NCBI GenBank assembly: GCA_020429915.1
Contig: JAGQKV010000019.1
Location: 17,282-81,281, forward strand
Length of the DNA stretch: 64,000 bases
DNA from: Candidatus Omnitrophota bacterium
GTDB lineage: Bacteria > Omnitrophota > Gorgyraeia > Zapsychrales > Zapsychraceae
Direction: 5' to 3'
The notes beneath the pieces are model-generated. The model searched no databases, had not been told where the DNA came from, and saw only the letters and a list, made by a program, of their open reading frames with translations. Made by a program: the position numbers and the translations under genes. Below are positions 45,585-55,264 of this stretch, piece after piece (position 1 is the first letter of the stretch; every line of letters begins with the position of its first letter).

Positions 45585-46930
45585 AGACAAAAGATTCTAA
45601 AGACGCCGCCTCATTGCGCGGTGCCCAACAGGGACCGGTCCGTACCGAACCTTTCCACTCATCCTGCTATGTAAGTGGTCAGGAGGAGGCCCTCCTTCTG
45701 GAATGCCTGCGCAGCCATCAGTGGTCGAGTTTTAAGGGGGGGACCGAAGGGCTGGATATAGACAAAGTGCTGGTGATGCCGTCACGGGAAGCGGCGGAGT
45801 ACGGGCCCTTGGACAACCGATTCCTCGGCGGGAAGTATGTCCGTGCGTTCGAGCGGGATTTTGCCGCCTGTATGGACGTCGATTTCGCCGTCAGCGCCAA
45901 TTCGGCCACGTCCGCGTTAATCATGGCCTTGGGGGCATTCAATCTGGAGCCGGGCGATGAAGTCATCGTTCCCTGCATGAGCTTCAATGCCACGGCCACA
46001 GCCGTCCTCGCCTACAATTGCATTCCGGTTTTTGCCGAGGTTAAAGCCAATACCTACTGTTTGGATCCTGCCGATTTAGAAAAGAAGATCTCCGGCCGGA
46101 CCAAGGCGGTCCTGGTGGTCCATCTGGGCGGGGCGTGCGCGGACATGACATCGATTGTTGAGGTGGCCCGCCGGCATGGACTTAAAATCCTGGAGGACTG
46201 CGCCCAGGCTCCCGGCGTAAAGTTCCAAGGACAGCCGGTGGGGACGTTCGGCGACGCGGGCGTTTTTTCTCTGACGGAGACCAAGAACATCACCTGCGGC
46301 GAAGGCGGTGTCCTGGTGACGCGTTGCCCGGACATAGCCGCCAAGGCGCGGCTTATCCGCAATCACGGCGAGGGTGTCACGCGCGATCAATGGAGTGACG
46401 GGCAACTGGCCAACGTCATCGGCATGAATTTTCGTCTAACGGAACTCCAGGCGGCCGTGGCGATTCCGCAGTTGCAGAGCCTGGAGGAACGCAACGAGGT
46501 GCGCCGCCGGAACACTTCATATTTGATTGACCGGCTGCGCAAGCACCCGTGTTTGATCCCCCCCGAGACCGAACCGGGGGGAGACTACGTCTGTTTTATG
46601 CTCAAGTGGCGGTATGTTCAAGGGGATCTTCCTCTTACCCGTGACGAGGTCGTCGCCGGACTGCAGGCGCAGGGGATTCCCATTATCAAGGGATATGGTC
46701 GTATGATGCATGAGAATCTGATTTTTACGCGGAAGATTGCGTATGGCCGCCAGGGATTTCCGTTTATTGCGCCATGGTTTGACGAGAAACGCGTCCGCTA
46801 CGGATCAGGCACGCAGCCCGTCAGTGAAGATCTCAACAAGCAGTTTATTTGGTTTAAGTACGTTAATCATCCGAACACCCAAGACGATATGGACGACGTC
46901 GTCCGGGCGTTTGATAAGGTGCTGGTATGA
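45581..46930 (+). CDS. DegT/DnrJ/EryC1/StrS-family PLP enzyme (third copy) with an ~80-aa N-terminal extension
   Basis: Aminotransferase core with a conserved Lys (FSLTETKNITCGEGG); ATGA overlap start at 45581. Confidence 0.75.
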   Translation: MKTKDSKDAASLRGAQQGPVRTEPFHSSCYVSGQEEALLLECLRSHQWSSFKGGTEGLDIDKVLVMPSREAAEYGPLDNRFLGGKYVRAFERDFAACMDVDFAVSANSATSALIMALGAFNLEPGDEVIVPCMSFNATATAVLAYNCIPVFAEVKANTYCLDPADLEKKISGRTKAVLVVHLGGACADMTSIVEVARRHGLKILEDCAQAPGVKFQGQPVGTFGDAGVFSLTETKNITCGEGGVLVTRCPDIAAKARLIRNHGEGVTRDQWSDGQLANVIGMNFRLTELQAAVAIPQLQSLEERNEVRRRNTSYLIDRLRKHPCLIPPETEPGGDYVCFMLKWRYVQGDLPLTRDEVVAGLQAQGIPIIKGYGRMMHENLIFTRKIAYGRQGFPFIAPWFDEKRVRYGSGTQPVSEDLNKQFIWFKYVNHPNTQDDMDDVVRAFDKVLV

Positions 46931-47985
46931 ATACGCAGACATCATTAACCGATATGATCGCGGATTCTCTGGAGTTGCGGGACGGAATCTGGTACGGCGA
47001 GAAGGGCCTGTACTGGTCTAATCTGTCCCGCGAGGACAATCAATCGTATATCCGCGAGCTGCCGCAGCTCGGGGCCAAGGCGACGCTGCGCAAGTATTTC
47101 CCGCAACACGAGGAAGTCATCTTTTCGCCGAAAAGGATGGGCGGCGTGGCGACGCTTGATTTACGGCCGGAGGACCGGATACTGGATGCCGGCTGCATGT
47201 GGGGGGCGCTCACCGTTCCTTTGGCTTATACCGGGGCGCAGGTCGTCGGTATTGATCAGACCGAGGAAAGTCTTAAGTTTCTGGCTCAACGTAAGGCTGA
47301 AGAAGGTTTGGAAAACCTGACTTTGATCAACGCGGATCTTAAGAAGATTGCCCTGCGGGCAGGTTCCTTCGATAAGATCGTGCTCAATGGTGTGCTGGAA
47401 TGGATTCCCGAGGTGGAGAACGTGGAGGTGAACCAATTTACGACGCGGCGGCCCGGTTTGTGGGAGAGTTTACGGCGTCTGCGCCAGCGTCCGCCCGGAC
47501 ATCAATCGCCCAGGGAGGAGCAGGTCAGGTTCTTAAAGAAAATCGCCGGGGCATTGAAGGATGACGGCGTGTTGTACCTGGCGATCGAGAATCGCTACGA
47601 CATCTACTATTTCCTTGGACAAAAAGAACCGCATTGCGGGATCCGTTTCTTTTCCTTTCTCCCGCACGGTTTGCAAAATCTTGTGTCCCTTTTGCTGCGC
47701 GGGCGAGAGTTTCGGAATTGGACATACTCCGAGGGGGGCTTAAGAAGTTTACTGCGGGACGCCGGATTTACGAACGTGGACGTTTTGTACGGTTTTCCCG
47801 GTTACCATTTTCCCGAGCTGGTTCTACAAAAAGAAGGGATGCGGTTTTTTCGCAGTGCGGCCATGGCGCAAAGTCCGTCCAGAATCAAGAAGGCCGTAAA
47901 GAAAATCGTAAGCCACACCGTCTTCGGGATATTTAAGGCGCGGGCCCTGGCTCCGGCATTTATTGTGCATGCTAGAAAGATTTAA
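46927..47985 (+). CDS. Class I SAM-dependent methyltransferase
   Basis: Motif I ILDAGCMWGALT; 352 aa. Confidence 0.7.
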   Translation: MNTQTSLTDMIADSLELRDGIWYGEKGLYWSNLSREDNQSYIRELPQLGAKATLRKYFPQHEEVIFSPKRMGGVATLDLRPEDRILDAGCMWGALTVPLAYTGAQVVGIDQTEESLKFLAQRKAEEGLENLTLINADLKKIALRAGSFDKIVLNGVLEWIPEVENVEVNQFTTRRPGLWESLRRLRQRPPGHQSPREEQVRFLKKIAGALKDDGVLYLAIENRYDIYYFLGQKEPHCGIRFFSFLPHGLQNLVSLLLRGREFRNWTYSEGGLRSLLRDAGFTNVDVLYGFPGYHFPELVLQKEGMRFFRSAAMAQSPSRIKKAVKKIVSHTVFGIFKARALAPAFIVHARKI

Positions 47986-47995
47986 TTAATACATT

Positions 47996-48730
47996 ATGAT
48001 CAATATCATCCGCAACTATCTTCACAAGAGCCAATGTCAGACCGGAATTGCCTTAACGGAAGAGGGCCGGCCGCGTACGGTTGTGCGGACCACATTCTCA
48101 CGGGAGGGGGCGGATATTCTGCGTGCCGAGATGGAATACCTGCGCTGGTACGCCCGCCAGGTTGCCGACGAGACCTTTCTCAATGACATGCAGGTGCATG
48201 TGCGAGACTGTTACGGCAAATGTCAATTTCCGTACCATGAGGGAGAAACCGGAGACTACTATCGGCCGCTCCATCTGAATGCCGGTAAAATAGCCGCTGT
48301 CGTGCGGCATTACGGTAAAATTTTTGCGGATGATGAGGCGCCGGTTCACGGGGATTTTTCGCTGGGTAACATTATTTTTAAGGGGGACGACGTTTCCTGG
48401 ATCATTGACTGGGAGAACGCGAACCGGTGCATGCCCCGGTGTTATGACTTGATTTACCTTATCACGGAGAACTGTCTGTTCTGCCGGTTGACGGGCACAA
48501 GGATTGCGGACGAAGACACCGCGGCGTATCGCCGGCTGTATCGGGAGATAAGCGATAAATATGAAATTCCGGCCCAAGTTGCGGACGGCCCGGGGCAGTG
48601 GTGTTCGGACGTTGTTCGGCGGTACATGGAGAAGACAGGAATAGATCACAGCAAATGCCCCTTTATTGCGGTCGAGGGTAAAATCATTCGGGAAGTGGAC
48701 GAAATCTTGAAACGAAACGGGTTGCCATGA
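47996..48730 (+). CDS. Small-molecule kinase of the aminoglycoside-phosphotransferase/choline-kinase (APH/ChoK) fold
   Basis: Brenner/catalytic motifs HGDFSLGNIIF and IIDWENA (HGD...N and D motifs of APH/ChoK kinases); 244 aa. Confidence 0.55.
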   Translation: MINIIRNYLHKSQCQTGIALTEEGRPRTVVRTTFSREGADILRAEMEYLRWYARQVADETFLNDMQVHVRDCYGKCQFPYHEGETGDYYRPLHLNAGKIAAVVRHYGKIFADDEAPVHGDFSLGNIIFKGDDVSWIIDWENANRCMPRCYDLIYLITENCLFCRLTGTRIADEDTAAYRRLYREISDKYEIPAQVADGPGQWCSDVVRRYMEKTGIDHSKCPFIAVEGKIIREVDEILKRNGLP

Positions 48731-49500
48731 AGACAGTCATATTGTGCGGCGGGCTGGGTACGCGCCTGCGCGAAGAAACGGAAATACGACCCAAACCGAT
48801 GGTGGAGATCGGAGGATATCCGATTTTGTGGCACATCATGAAGACTTACGCACACTACGGATACACGGAATTCGTTTTGTGCCTGGGATATAAAGGAAAT
48901 ATGATTAAGGAGTATTTCTACAACTATGAAATGCTTGAGAACGATTTTACCGTGGAATTGGGCACTAAGAATGTCGAAATTCACCGCACACACGATGAGC
49001 GGGGTTGGAAAGTAACATTGGTCGATACCGGAGAAAACGCGATGACCGGGGCGCGCGTAAAACGTATCCAGCAGCACATCGACGCTGAGCATTTTATGCT
49101 GACTTACGGGGATGGGGTGATTGACTTGGATATTAACAAGTTGGTCGAGTTTCACAAGTCCCATGGAAAAGTGGCCACCGTCACGGGTGTTTCGCCGGAG
49201 TCCCGGTACGGAGAGTTGCTGATTGAAGGCGATCATGTCCTTTCATTTGAGGAGAAACCGGCCGATCATGGGAACTCGATCAGCGGCGGATATTTCGTAT
49301 TTGACCGGCGTGTATTTGATTATCTTCAAAATGATGATGCTTGCATTCTCGAGAAGGATGCTCTCCGGAAGCTGGCGGCGGATGGCGAATTGAAAGTTTA
49401 TGTTCATAACGGCTTTTGGCAATGCATGGATACGTACAGAGATTATCAGTATCTGCAGCGCATATGGAGCGAAGGTAAGGCGCTGTGGCAAAGGTGGTAA
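48727..49500 (+). CDS. rfbF: Glucose-1-phosphate cytidylyltransferase
   Basis: MKTVILCGGLGTRLREET N-terminus, near identical in pattern to RfbF/DdhA enzymes; 257 aa. Confidence 0.85.
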   Translation: MKTVILCGGLGTRLREETEIRPKPMVEIGGYPILWHIMKTYAHYGYTEFVLCLGYKGNMIKEYFYNYEMLENDFTVELGTKNVEIHRTHDERGWKVTLVDTGENAMTGARVKRIQQHIDAEHFMLTYGDGVIDLDINKLVEFHKSHGKVATVTGVSPESRYGELLIEGDHVLSFEEKPADHGNSISGGYFVFDRRVFDYLQNDDACILEKDALRKLAADGELKVYVHNGFWQCMDTYRDYQYLQRIWSEGKALWQRW

Positions 49501-50141
49501 AGGCCGTCATTCTTGATTTCGACGGAGTGGTGTTGGAGACCATTTCAGTTAAGCGGGATGCCTTCCGGGAATTGTTCAGGGATTATCCTCAACACGTCGA
49601 CCGGATCGTCGATTATCACATGGAGCAAGGCGGATTGAGCCGGTTCAAGAAATTTGAGCATATCTACGCCAACATTCTGCATGAACCCTTATCTGCCGAA
49701 TTCTCGGCCCGGTTGGGAGAACGCTTTGCGGAACTGTTAGGGGAAAGCGTGATCCGGGCTCCCTATGTAAAGGGGGCCAGAGAATTTATCGAGCAATACC
49801 ATTGCGCTTACGACTTATTTATCGCAACCGGGACGCCGCAGGAGGAAATTGATTGGGTGATCGGAAAACTGGATTTGGCGAAATACTTCCGGGGCGTATT
49901 CGGATCACCAAGTTCCAAGTCACAAATTGTAGCCAGGATACTTCATGATCATGGTCTTCACGCTGAGGATGCGATATTTGTCGGAGACGCGATAAACGAC
50001 TTGGTTGGGGCCAGGGACAACCACATTGCCTTTGCCGGCCGGGTGCACCGGTCGTTCATCAATCCGTTCGTCGGAAAAACGGTGGACTGGCTGATAGATG
50101 ACTTAACCCAGCTGGCGGGCCTGATACGGCCGCCCGATTAA
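49485..50141 (+). CDS. HAD-superfamily hydrolase/phosphatase
   Basis: Motif I ILDFDGVV (DxDG), motif IV GDAIND; GTG start overlapping the upstream gene. Confidence 0.7.
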   Translation: MAKVVKAVILDFDGVVLETISVKRDAFRELFRDYPQHVDRIVDYHMEQGGLSRFKKFEHIYANILHEPLSAEFSARLGERFAELLGESVIRAPYVKGAREFIEQYHCAYDLFIATGTPQEEIDWVIGKLDLAKYFRGVFGSPSSKSQIVARILHDHGLHAEDAIFVGDAINDLVGARDNHIAFAGRVHRSFINPFVGKTVDWLIDDLTQLAGLIRPPD

Positions 50142-50210
50142 CCCGGGGAAGCCACACATCGGGCGTTGAACCGCCTGAAAGGTGCTTCACATAACGTTAT
50201 CCCACCACGT

Positions 50211-51698
50211 ATGCGTATGGATAAGGAAAAGTTAAGTCCTTTTGATTGGTTGAATCTCTTGGGGTTGAGCGGCATCGCCGTCATATGTTACTGCTATGTG
50301 TGGGGCTATTCCACCTTCGCCGAGAAACACGTACAGTTGCCATTCTTAAACTTTCCGATTTTTGTGGGCGAGATGCTGCTGATGTTTTGCGTAGGGGTGT
50401 ATTGCCTCCGTTGGCGGCCGCGTACAGAGGGAGTACGGCTGGGTCACCTGTTGATTATGTCATACGCAGCTTTTATTCTGGCCAAAGCCTTTTGGGGGTA
50501 CGCCAAGTGGGGGCCGCTGGCTCTGCGGCATGCGGCCCTTTTGTATTATCCTGTGTTCATCTTTTTCGCTCAGACGTTTTTCCGGAAAGAGTTCTTCAGC
50601 AAACCGGTGCGCTATCTTTTGACCATGATTGTGCTGGGCACTCTCGTGACCCAGTCGTTCTCACGATATTTTGTGCTGACGCTGTTTCTTTTGGCGGTGA
50701 TATTAATCCGATCCCTGCCTGAAAAAGGCGGCCGGCTGATATTTGCCGGGATTTTATTATTGGGTACCCCTTATCATTATTTCTTCGAAACCGCCCGGAT
50801 GATGATTCTGGGAAATATCGTGAGCGGATTTTATTTGTTCTTGGTGGCTTGCAGTGTCTTGAAGTGGCGGTGGCAATATAAAACCGGACTGCTGGTCGTG
50901 GGAATGGTGGTGCTGATTTCACTGGCCGTTCGGATAGCCGGGTATGACCGCGTCAGGTCGATTGTAGATTTCCGGCGTATGCATAAAGTTTTTCAGAAGT
51001 ACGACCAAAAAGTCCAGGCGCGCATCGACGGTTTTGAATTGATGCCCCGTGAATCCGTTCAGTTCTACAATCCCAACTCCTCAATCAAAGAGGGGCCGAT
51101 AGACGGTGAGGGTATGGATCCATTAGCGGCCTCTTTGAACGGGAGTGCGGCAGGCGCAGGTCAGGAGGCGGTAACGGAAACCCCATCACCACCTGTGCGG
51201 GAATCTTCGGTGACCGATACGAATAACGCGGTGTTTCGATTGATGATTTGGAGGGATATGTGGCAGGAGTATATGAGAGAATTCTCCTGGTTCGGATTTG
51301 ATTTTGGCAAACCTTTGCGGTCCGTCAGTCTTGAAATATTGAAGTGGGGCCGGGGAGAGTGGGCCCGGGACGGCTGGGTGTCTCCGCACAATTCATTCTT
51401 TCATATTATTTATCGAACAGGTCTTATGGGGCTGTTCTTTATCGGAACGGTTATGTGGACATTGGCAGGAATGATTCGTATTTGCTTGGACCGCAAATCC
51501 GTGACAGGTATTCTGCTGTGCGGAATAATCATCAACTGGTTTGTGGCTTCCAATTTTCTCGTCGTTCTCGAGCTGCCTTACACAGCCATTCCGATCTGGA
51601 GCCTATATGGACTGACGATGGCATACTGTTCCGGATTAAAACGGCAAAGTCGGAAAGATATCGACACGACTGAAGCGCCTCAACTTATGAGTGTATAG
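50211..51698 (+). CDS. Polytopic membrane protein with an O-antigen ligase/polymerase (Wzy_C)-like domain
   Basis: 10+ hydrophobic segments with a periplasmic loop; Wzy_C-like HNSFFHIIYRTGLMGLFF motif. Confidence 0.6.
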   Translation: MRMDKEKLSPFDWLNLLGLSGIAVICYCYVWGYSTFAEKHVQLPFLNFPIFVGEMLLMFCVGVYCLRWRPRTEGVRLGHLLIMSYAAFILAKAFWGYAKWGPLALRHAALLYYPVFIFFAQTFFRKEFFSKPVRYLLTMIVLGTLVTQSFSRYFVLTLFLLAVILIRSLPEKGGRLIFAGILLLGTPYHYFFETARMMILGNIVSGFYLFLVACSVLKWRWQYKTGLLVVGMVVLISLAVRIAGYDRVRSIVDFRRMHKVFQKYDQKVQARIDGFELMPRESVQFYNPNSSIKEGPIDGEGMDPLAASLNGSAAGAGQEAVTETPSPPVRESSVTDTNNAVFRLMIWRDMWQEYMREFSWFGFDFGKPLRSVSLEILKWGRGEWARDGWVSPHNSFFHIIYRTGLMGLFFIGTVMWTLAGMIRICLDRKSVTGILLCGIIINWFVASNFLVVLELPYTAIPIWSLYGLTMAYCSGLKRQSRKDIDTTEAPQLMSV

Positions 51699-51773
51699 TT
51701 ATCCCGCGTAAACCGGGATACACACAAGCGGAAGTAAGAATTCAGGCCGCAAAGCATATAAGGAAAATCGCGT

Positions 51774-52940
51774 ATGACAACCACCTCACAGTTTAGCAAA
51801 TTATTTTTAAAAACGTATCAAGGGAAGCGAGTCTTAGTGACCGGTCACACCGGCTTTAAAGGTTCGTGGCTGAGCATGTGGCTGCTGGAACTGGAAGCGA
51901 AGGTGGCCGGCTTTTCCAAGTACGTTCCCACGAAACCGTCGGCGTTCGAAGCGATGGACCTGACCAATCGTTTGCAGGATTTTCGCGGTGACGTCCGTAA
52001 TATGGAGGAACTGAAGGCGATTTTCAAGGAGTTCCGACCGCAGATCGTCTTTCACCTGGCCGCCCAGCCGCTGGTGCGCGACAGTTACCAGGAGCCGAGG
52101 CTGACCTTTGAGACCAACGTGATGGGGACGATCAATGTCCTGGAGTGTGTGCGTGATTCTTCGATCGTTGAGGCGGCGGTCATCATCACCAGCGACAAGT
52201 GTTATGAAAACGTCAATTGGGAGTGGGGCTATCGGGAGATCGACCGGCTCGGCGGAGAGGATCCGTACAGCGCCTCCAAGGCGTGCGCGGAGCTGGCCTT
52301 CCGTACTTATGCCCATTCTTACTTTCACCGCGAAAAGGATGCCTGGCTGGCCACCACGCGCGCCGGCAACGTGATCGGCGGCGGCGACTGGGCCAAGGAC
52401 CGTATCGTCCCCGATTGCGTGAAGGCCTGGTACAGCCGCGAGGTCCCGGTGATCCGCAAACCCGAGGCCACCCGGCCGTGGCAGCATGTCCTCGAACCGT
52501 TGAGCGGTTATCTATGGCTGGGCGCGCTGCTCAATCACCGGCTTCCGGACATCAACGGTGAGTCCTTCAATTTCGGACCGGACCCGGACGTGGTCAAGTC
52601 GGTGGAGGAGCTCGTTGAGGCCCTCATTGCGCATTCCGGAAAGGGGCGCTGGGAATACCGGCCACCCGAAGATAATAAAAAAGAAGCCAACCTCCTGAAG
52701 CTCAATTGCGACAAGGCGCTCAACAGGCTGGAGTGGAGCCCGGTCCTGAATTTTGAAGAAACGGTCGCCATGACCGCGGAGTGGTACAAGAAATATTACG
52801 CCGGTGGGGCCGACATGTACGACTTCGGTCACCGGCAGATTCAGGAGTACGTTCAAAAGGCCGCGGCGAAGAAGTTGGCGTGGGCCATGGGGAAGGAACA
52901 TGATCGACGGAGTAAGAGTCGAGCCTCTCAAGAAGTTTGA
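51774..52940 (+). CDS. rfbG: CDP-glucose 4,6-dehydratase
   Basis: GKRVLVTGHTGFKGSWL N-terminal signature and SDR catalytic YSASK; 388 aa. Confidence 0.85.
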   Translation: MTTTSQFSKLFLKTYQGKRVLVTGHTGFKGSWLSMWLLELEAKVAGFSKYVPTKPSAFEAMDLTNRLQDFRGDVRNMEELKAIFKEFRPQIVFHLAAQPLVRDSYQEPRLTFETNVMGTINVLECVRDSSIVEAAVIITSDKCYENVNWEWGYREIDRLGGEDPYSASKACAELAFRTYAHSYFHREKDAWLATTRAGNVIGGGDWAKDRIVPDCVKAWYSREVPVIRKPEATRPWQHVLEPLSGYLWLGALLNHRLPDINGESFNFGPDPDVVKSVEELVEALIAHSGKGRWEYRPPEDNKKEANLLKLNCDKALNRLEWSPVLNFEETVAMTAEWYKKYYAGGADMYDFGHRQIQEYVQKAAAKKLAWAMGKEHDRRSKSRASQEV

Positions 52941-53337
52941 GGACGAGCGCGGCATGGTCCTGCACATGCTGCGCGCGGAGAATCCGCTTTTTGAACGGTT
53001 CGGCGAGATCTATTTTTCGTATGTGAATCCCGGATTTGTGAAGGGATGGAAGCAGCATCTGGAAATGACCCAGCATTTTTGCGTTCCCGTCGGGAACCTG
53101 CGTCTGGTCCTGTTTGACGACCGGCCGGATTCGCCGACGCGAGGAGAAGTGCAGACGATCGAGATGGGTCTCGATCATTACTGCTTGGTGAAGATCCCCC
53201 CACAGGTGCTGTATTCCTTTTCTGCTGTCGGGGAACAACCGGCTATGATCGCCAACTGCGCGGACATGCCGCACCGGCCGGATGAGTCGGTCACCCGGCC
53301 GCTGGATGACAAGGAGATCCCCTATCAATGGACGTAA
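52900..53337 (+). CDS. NDP-4-keto-6-deoxyhexose 3,5-epimerase (RmlC-like cupin)
   Basis: MIDGVRVEPLKKFEDERG N-terminus and cupin core typical of RmlC-family epimerases. Start at the internal ATG at 52900 (the track ORF was extended upstream into rfbG). Confidence 0.65.
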   Translation: MIDGVRVEPLKKFEDERGMVLHMLRAENPLFERFGEIYFSYVNPGFVKGWKQHLEMTQHFCVPVGNLRLVLFDDRPDSPTRGEVQTIEMGLDHYCLVKIPPQVLYSFSAVGEQPAMIANCADMPHRPDESVTRPLDDKEIPYQWT

Positions 53338-54302
53338 ACAAAGAAAGCAAGATCCTGATTGTAGGCGGACTGGGTTACGTCGGCGGTCGCCTGGCGCATT
53401 ATTTGGCTTCACAAGGCTACGCGGATGTGGCGCTCACCACCACCCGTGAACAGTATCCGGAGTGGGCTCAAAGTTATGAAATCGGCCACCTCGATCTGCG
53501 TTCGGAGTCTTCCATTCGCGGCTGCCTGGAAGAGATTCAACCGGAGATCCTGATACACCTCGGCGGTATGCAGCAGGCGCAGTGCCAAACCGAACCGGAG
53601 GGTGCCGCCAAGGTCAACGCGGCCGGTATGGATTCGCTTTTGTATGTCGCGCTGGATTTAGGCGTCCGCCGCTGCGTGTACTTGTCCAGCTTTCAAGTGT
53701 ACGGCGATTTTACCGGGACCATCACCGAAGAAACACCTCCCAAGCCGCGGACCGTATATGCCGAAACCAAATTACGCGGGGAAGACGTCGCCCGCCGTTA
53801 CCGAGAAAAGGGATTGTCGGTCGCCGTATTACGTTTATCCAATGCCTACGGTTATCCGATGGACAACAGTGTCGCCGAATCGGTGTGGTCCCTGGCGGTC
53901 AACGCGTTTTGCCGGAGGGTGGTCCAGGAAGGACGCTTGACGATCAAATCGAACCAGTACCGCGACTTTATTCCGATGTTCGACGCGGTCCGCGGGATCG
54001 AGCATGCGATGAATATGGAAGAAGACAGGCTGACCGATGGGTTGTTTAACTTGGGCGGCGACAACTGCGTGCAAATTAAGGAGATCGCCCAAAGGGTCGT
54101 GCGCATATATGCGGATTTAGATCCGGAAGCCGAACCGGTACTCGAGGGGCCCACGGAAGACCTGGACAAGGTCTTCCAGCCGTTCGACTACCGGATCGAT
54201 AAAATTAAGGATACCGGATTCGAACTGCAGGGCGATATGGACCAGACCATCCGCACTACCTTGCAGTTTTGCCGTGAACACATGAGTTCTTCGTTGCCAT
54301 GA
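53328..54302 (+). CDS. NAD(P)-dependent epimerase/reductase (SDR family)
   Basis: ILIVGGLGYVGGRL Rossmann motif, YAETK catalytic motif; 324 aa. Confidence 0.75.
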   Translation: MDVNKESKILIVGGLGYVGGRLAHYLASQGYADVALTTTREQYPEWAQSYEIGHLDLRSESSIRGCLEEIQPEILIHLGGMQQAQCQTEPEGAAKVNAAGMDSLLYVALDLGVRRCVYLSSFQVYGDFTGTITEETPPKPRTVYAETKLRGEDVARRYREKGLSVAVLRLSNAYGYPMDNSVAESVWSLAVNAFCRRVVQEGRLTIKSNQYRDFIPMFDAVRGIEHAMNMEEDRLTDGLFNLGGDNCVQIKEIAQRVVRIYADLDPEAEPVLEGPTEDLDKVFQPFDYRIDKIKDTGFELQGDMDQTIRTTLQFCREHMSSSLP

Positions 54303-55264
54303 ACGAACCGCTGGTGTCGGTGGTGATGCCCACCTACAATCACGCCCATTTTATCAAAGAGGCGATAGACTCTGTCCTCGGACAAACTTACAATAATCTT
54401 GAGCTGATCATTGTCGATAATTATTCCGAGGATGAGACGCGGGAGGTCATTGAGGGATACACCGACGACCGGATCCGTTACATGCAATTTCGCAACAACG
54501 GCATTATCGCCGCATCGCGTAACAGGGGCATCGAGCAGGCCCAAGGTGACTACGTGGCCTTTATCGATTCGGATGATGCTTGGCTGCCGGAGAAGATCCG
54601 GTTACAGGTAGATGTCATGCAGAGCGATACGCGCCGCGGTATCTCCTTCGGTAAATTCAAGGTCATCAGCCCCGATGCTGTCGAGACCGGGAAAATAATG
54701 GGCCCCAAGGACCCGCATATGCCGGCCGGTGTTTATGCCCGGCTTATCAAGGCCAACTTCATCGTTTCTTCCTCAACTCTGGTTCGGAAAAAGGCGCTGA
54801 ATGATGTCGGGCATTTCGACGAAAGTCCGGAGCTGCGCTGCAGCGAGGATTTTGATTTGTGGTTGCGGATTTTACGTAAGTACCGGCCGGCTTTTGTTGA
54901 TGAGATTGTCGGTGTGTACCGGATGCACGCCACCAATCAAAGTGGCGACGAATTGCGGTTAAAGCGGGCACTGGCCGTTATCGACAAGCATTTTAAGAAC
55001 GGTTGGATAGACCAGTACGTGGCCGACGCGGCTCGCGCCAGTTTTTATTTTCAGGTCGGATGGACGTTAGTGGGAAAGGAGCCCCGCCGGGCGCGGGAGT
55101 ATTGCCGTCAGGCAATAAAACACCACCCAACGAATCCACGGATCCTGGCGGTCAGCAGTTTGGCCATCGGTTTAAGCGCGGTACCCGGAGTATACCAGTA
55201 TCTTCGAAAACACAAGATGGATAAAAGATTGTCCGAAAGGACAATTAATCATCAAAACTTATGA
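54299..55264 (+). CDS. Family 2 glycosyltransferase
   Basis: VSVVMPTYN, DxD motif IDSDD; 321 aa. Confidence 0.85.
   Translation: MNEPLVSVVMPTYNHAHFIKEAIDSVLGQTYNNLELIIVDNYSEDETREVIEGYTDDRIRYMQFRNNGIIAASRNRGIEQAQGDYVAFIDSDDAWLPEKIRLQVDVMQSDTRRGISFGKFKVISPDAVETGKIMGPKDPHMPAGVYARLIKANFIVSSSTLVRKKALNDVGHFDESPELRCSEDFDLWLRILRKYRPAFVDEIVGVYRMHATNQSGDELRLKRALAVIDKHFKNGWIDQYVADAARASFYFQVGWTLVGKEPRRAREYCRQAIKHHPTNPRILAVSSLAIGLSAVPGVYQYLRKHKMDKRLSERTINHQNL

Noticed and set aside
45581-46930. Assigning the 452-aa DegT-family protein as the E1 (RfbH) CDP-4-keto-6-deoxyglucose 3-dehydrase
   Set aside because: Its size is similar to E1, but the PLP-binding lysine is retained (..TETKNITCGEGG). E1 characteristically has His at that position, so it is more likely an ordinary aminotransferase.
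51703-51723. Hairpin tatcccg-cgtaaac-cgggata after the 50211 gene as a rho-independent terminator
   Set aside because: The 7-bp stem is not followed by a U-rich tract, and the next gene starts 50 nt later on the same strand. It is probably only a weak attenuating structure.
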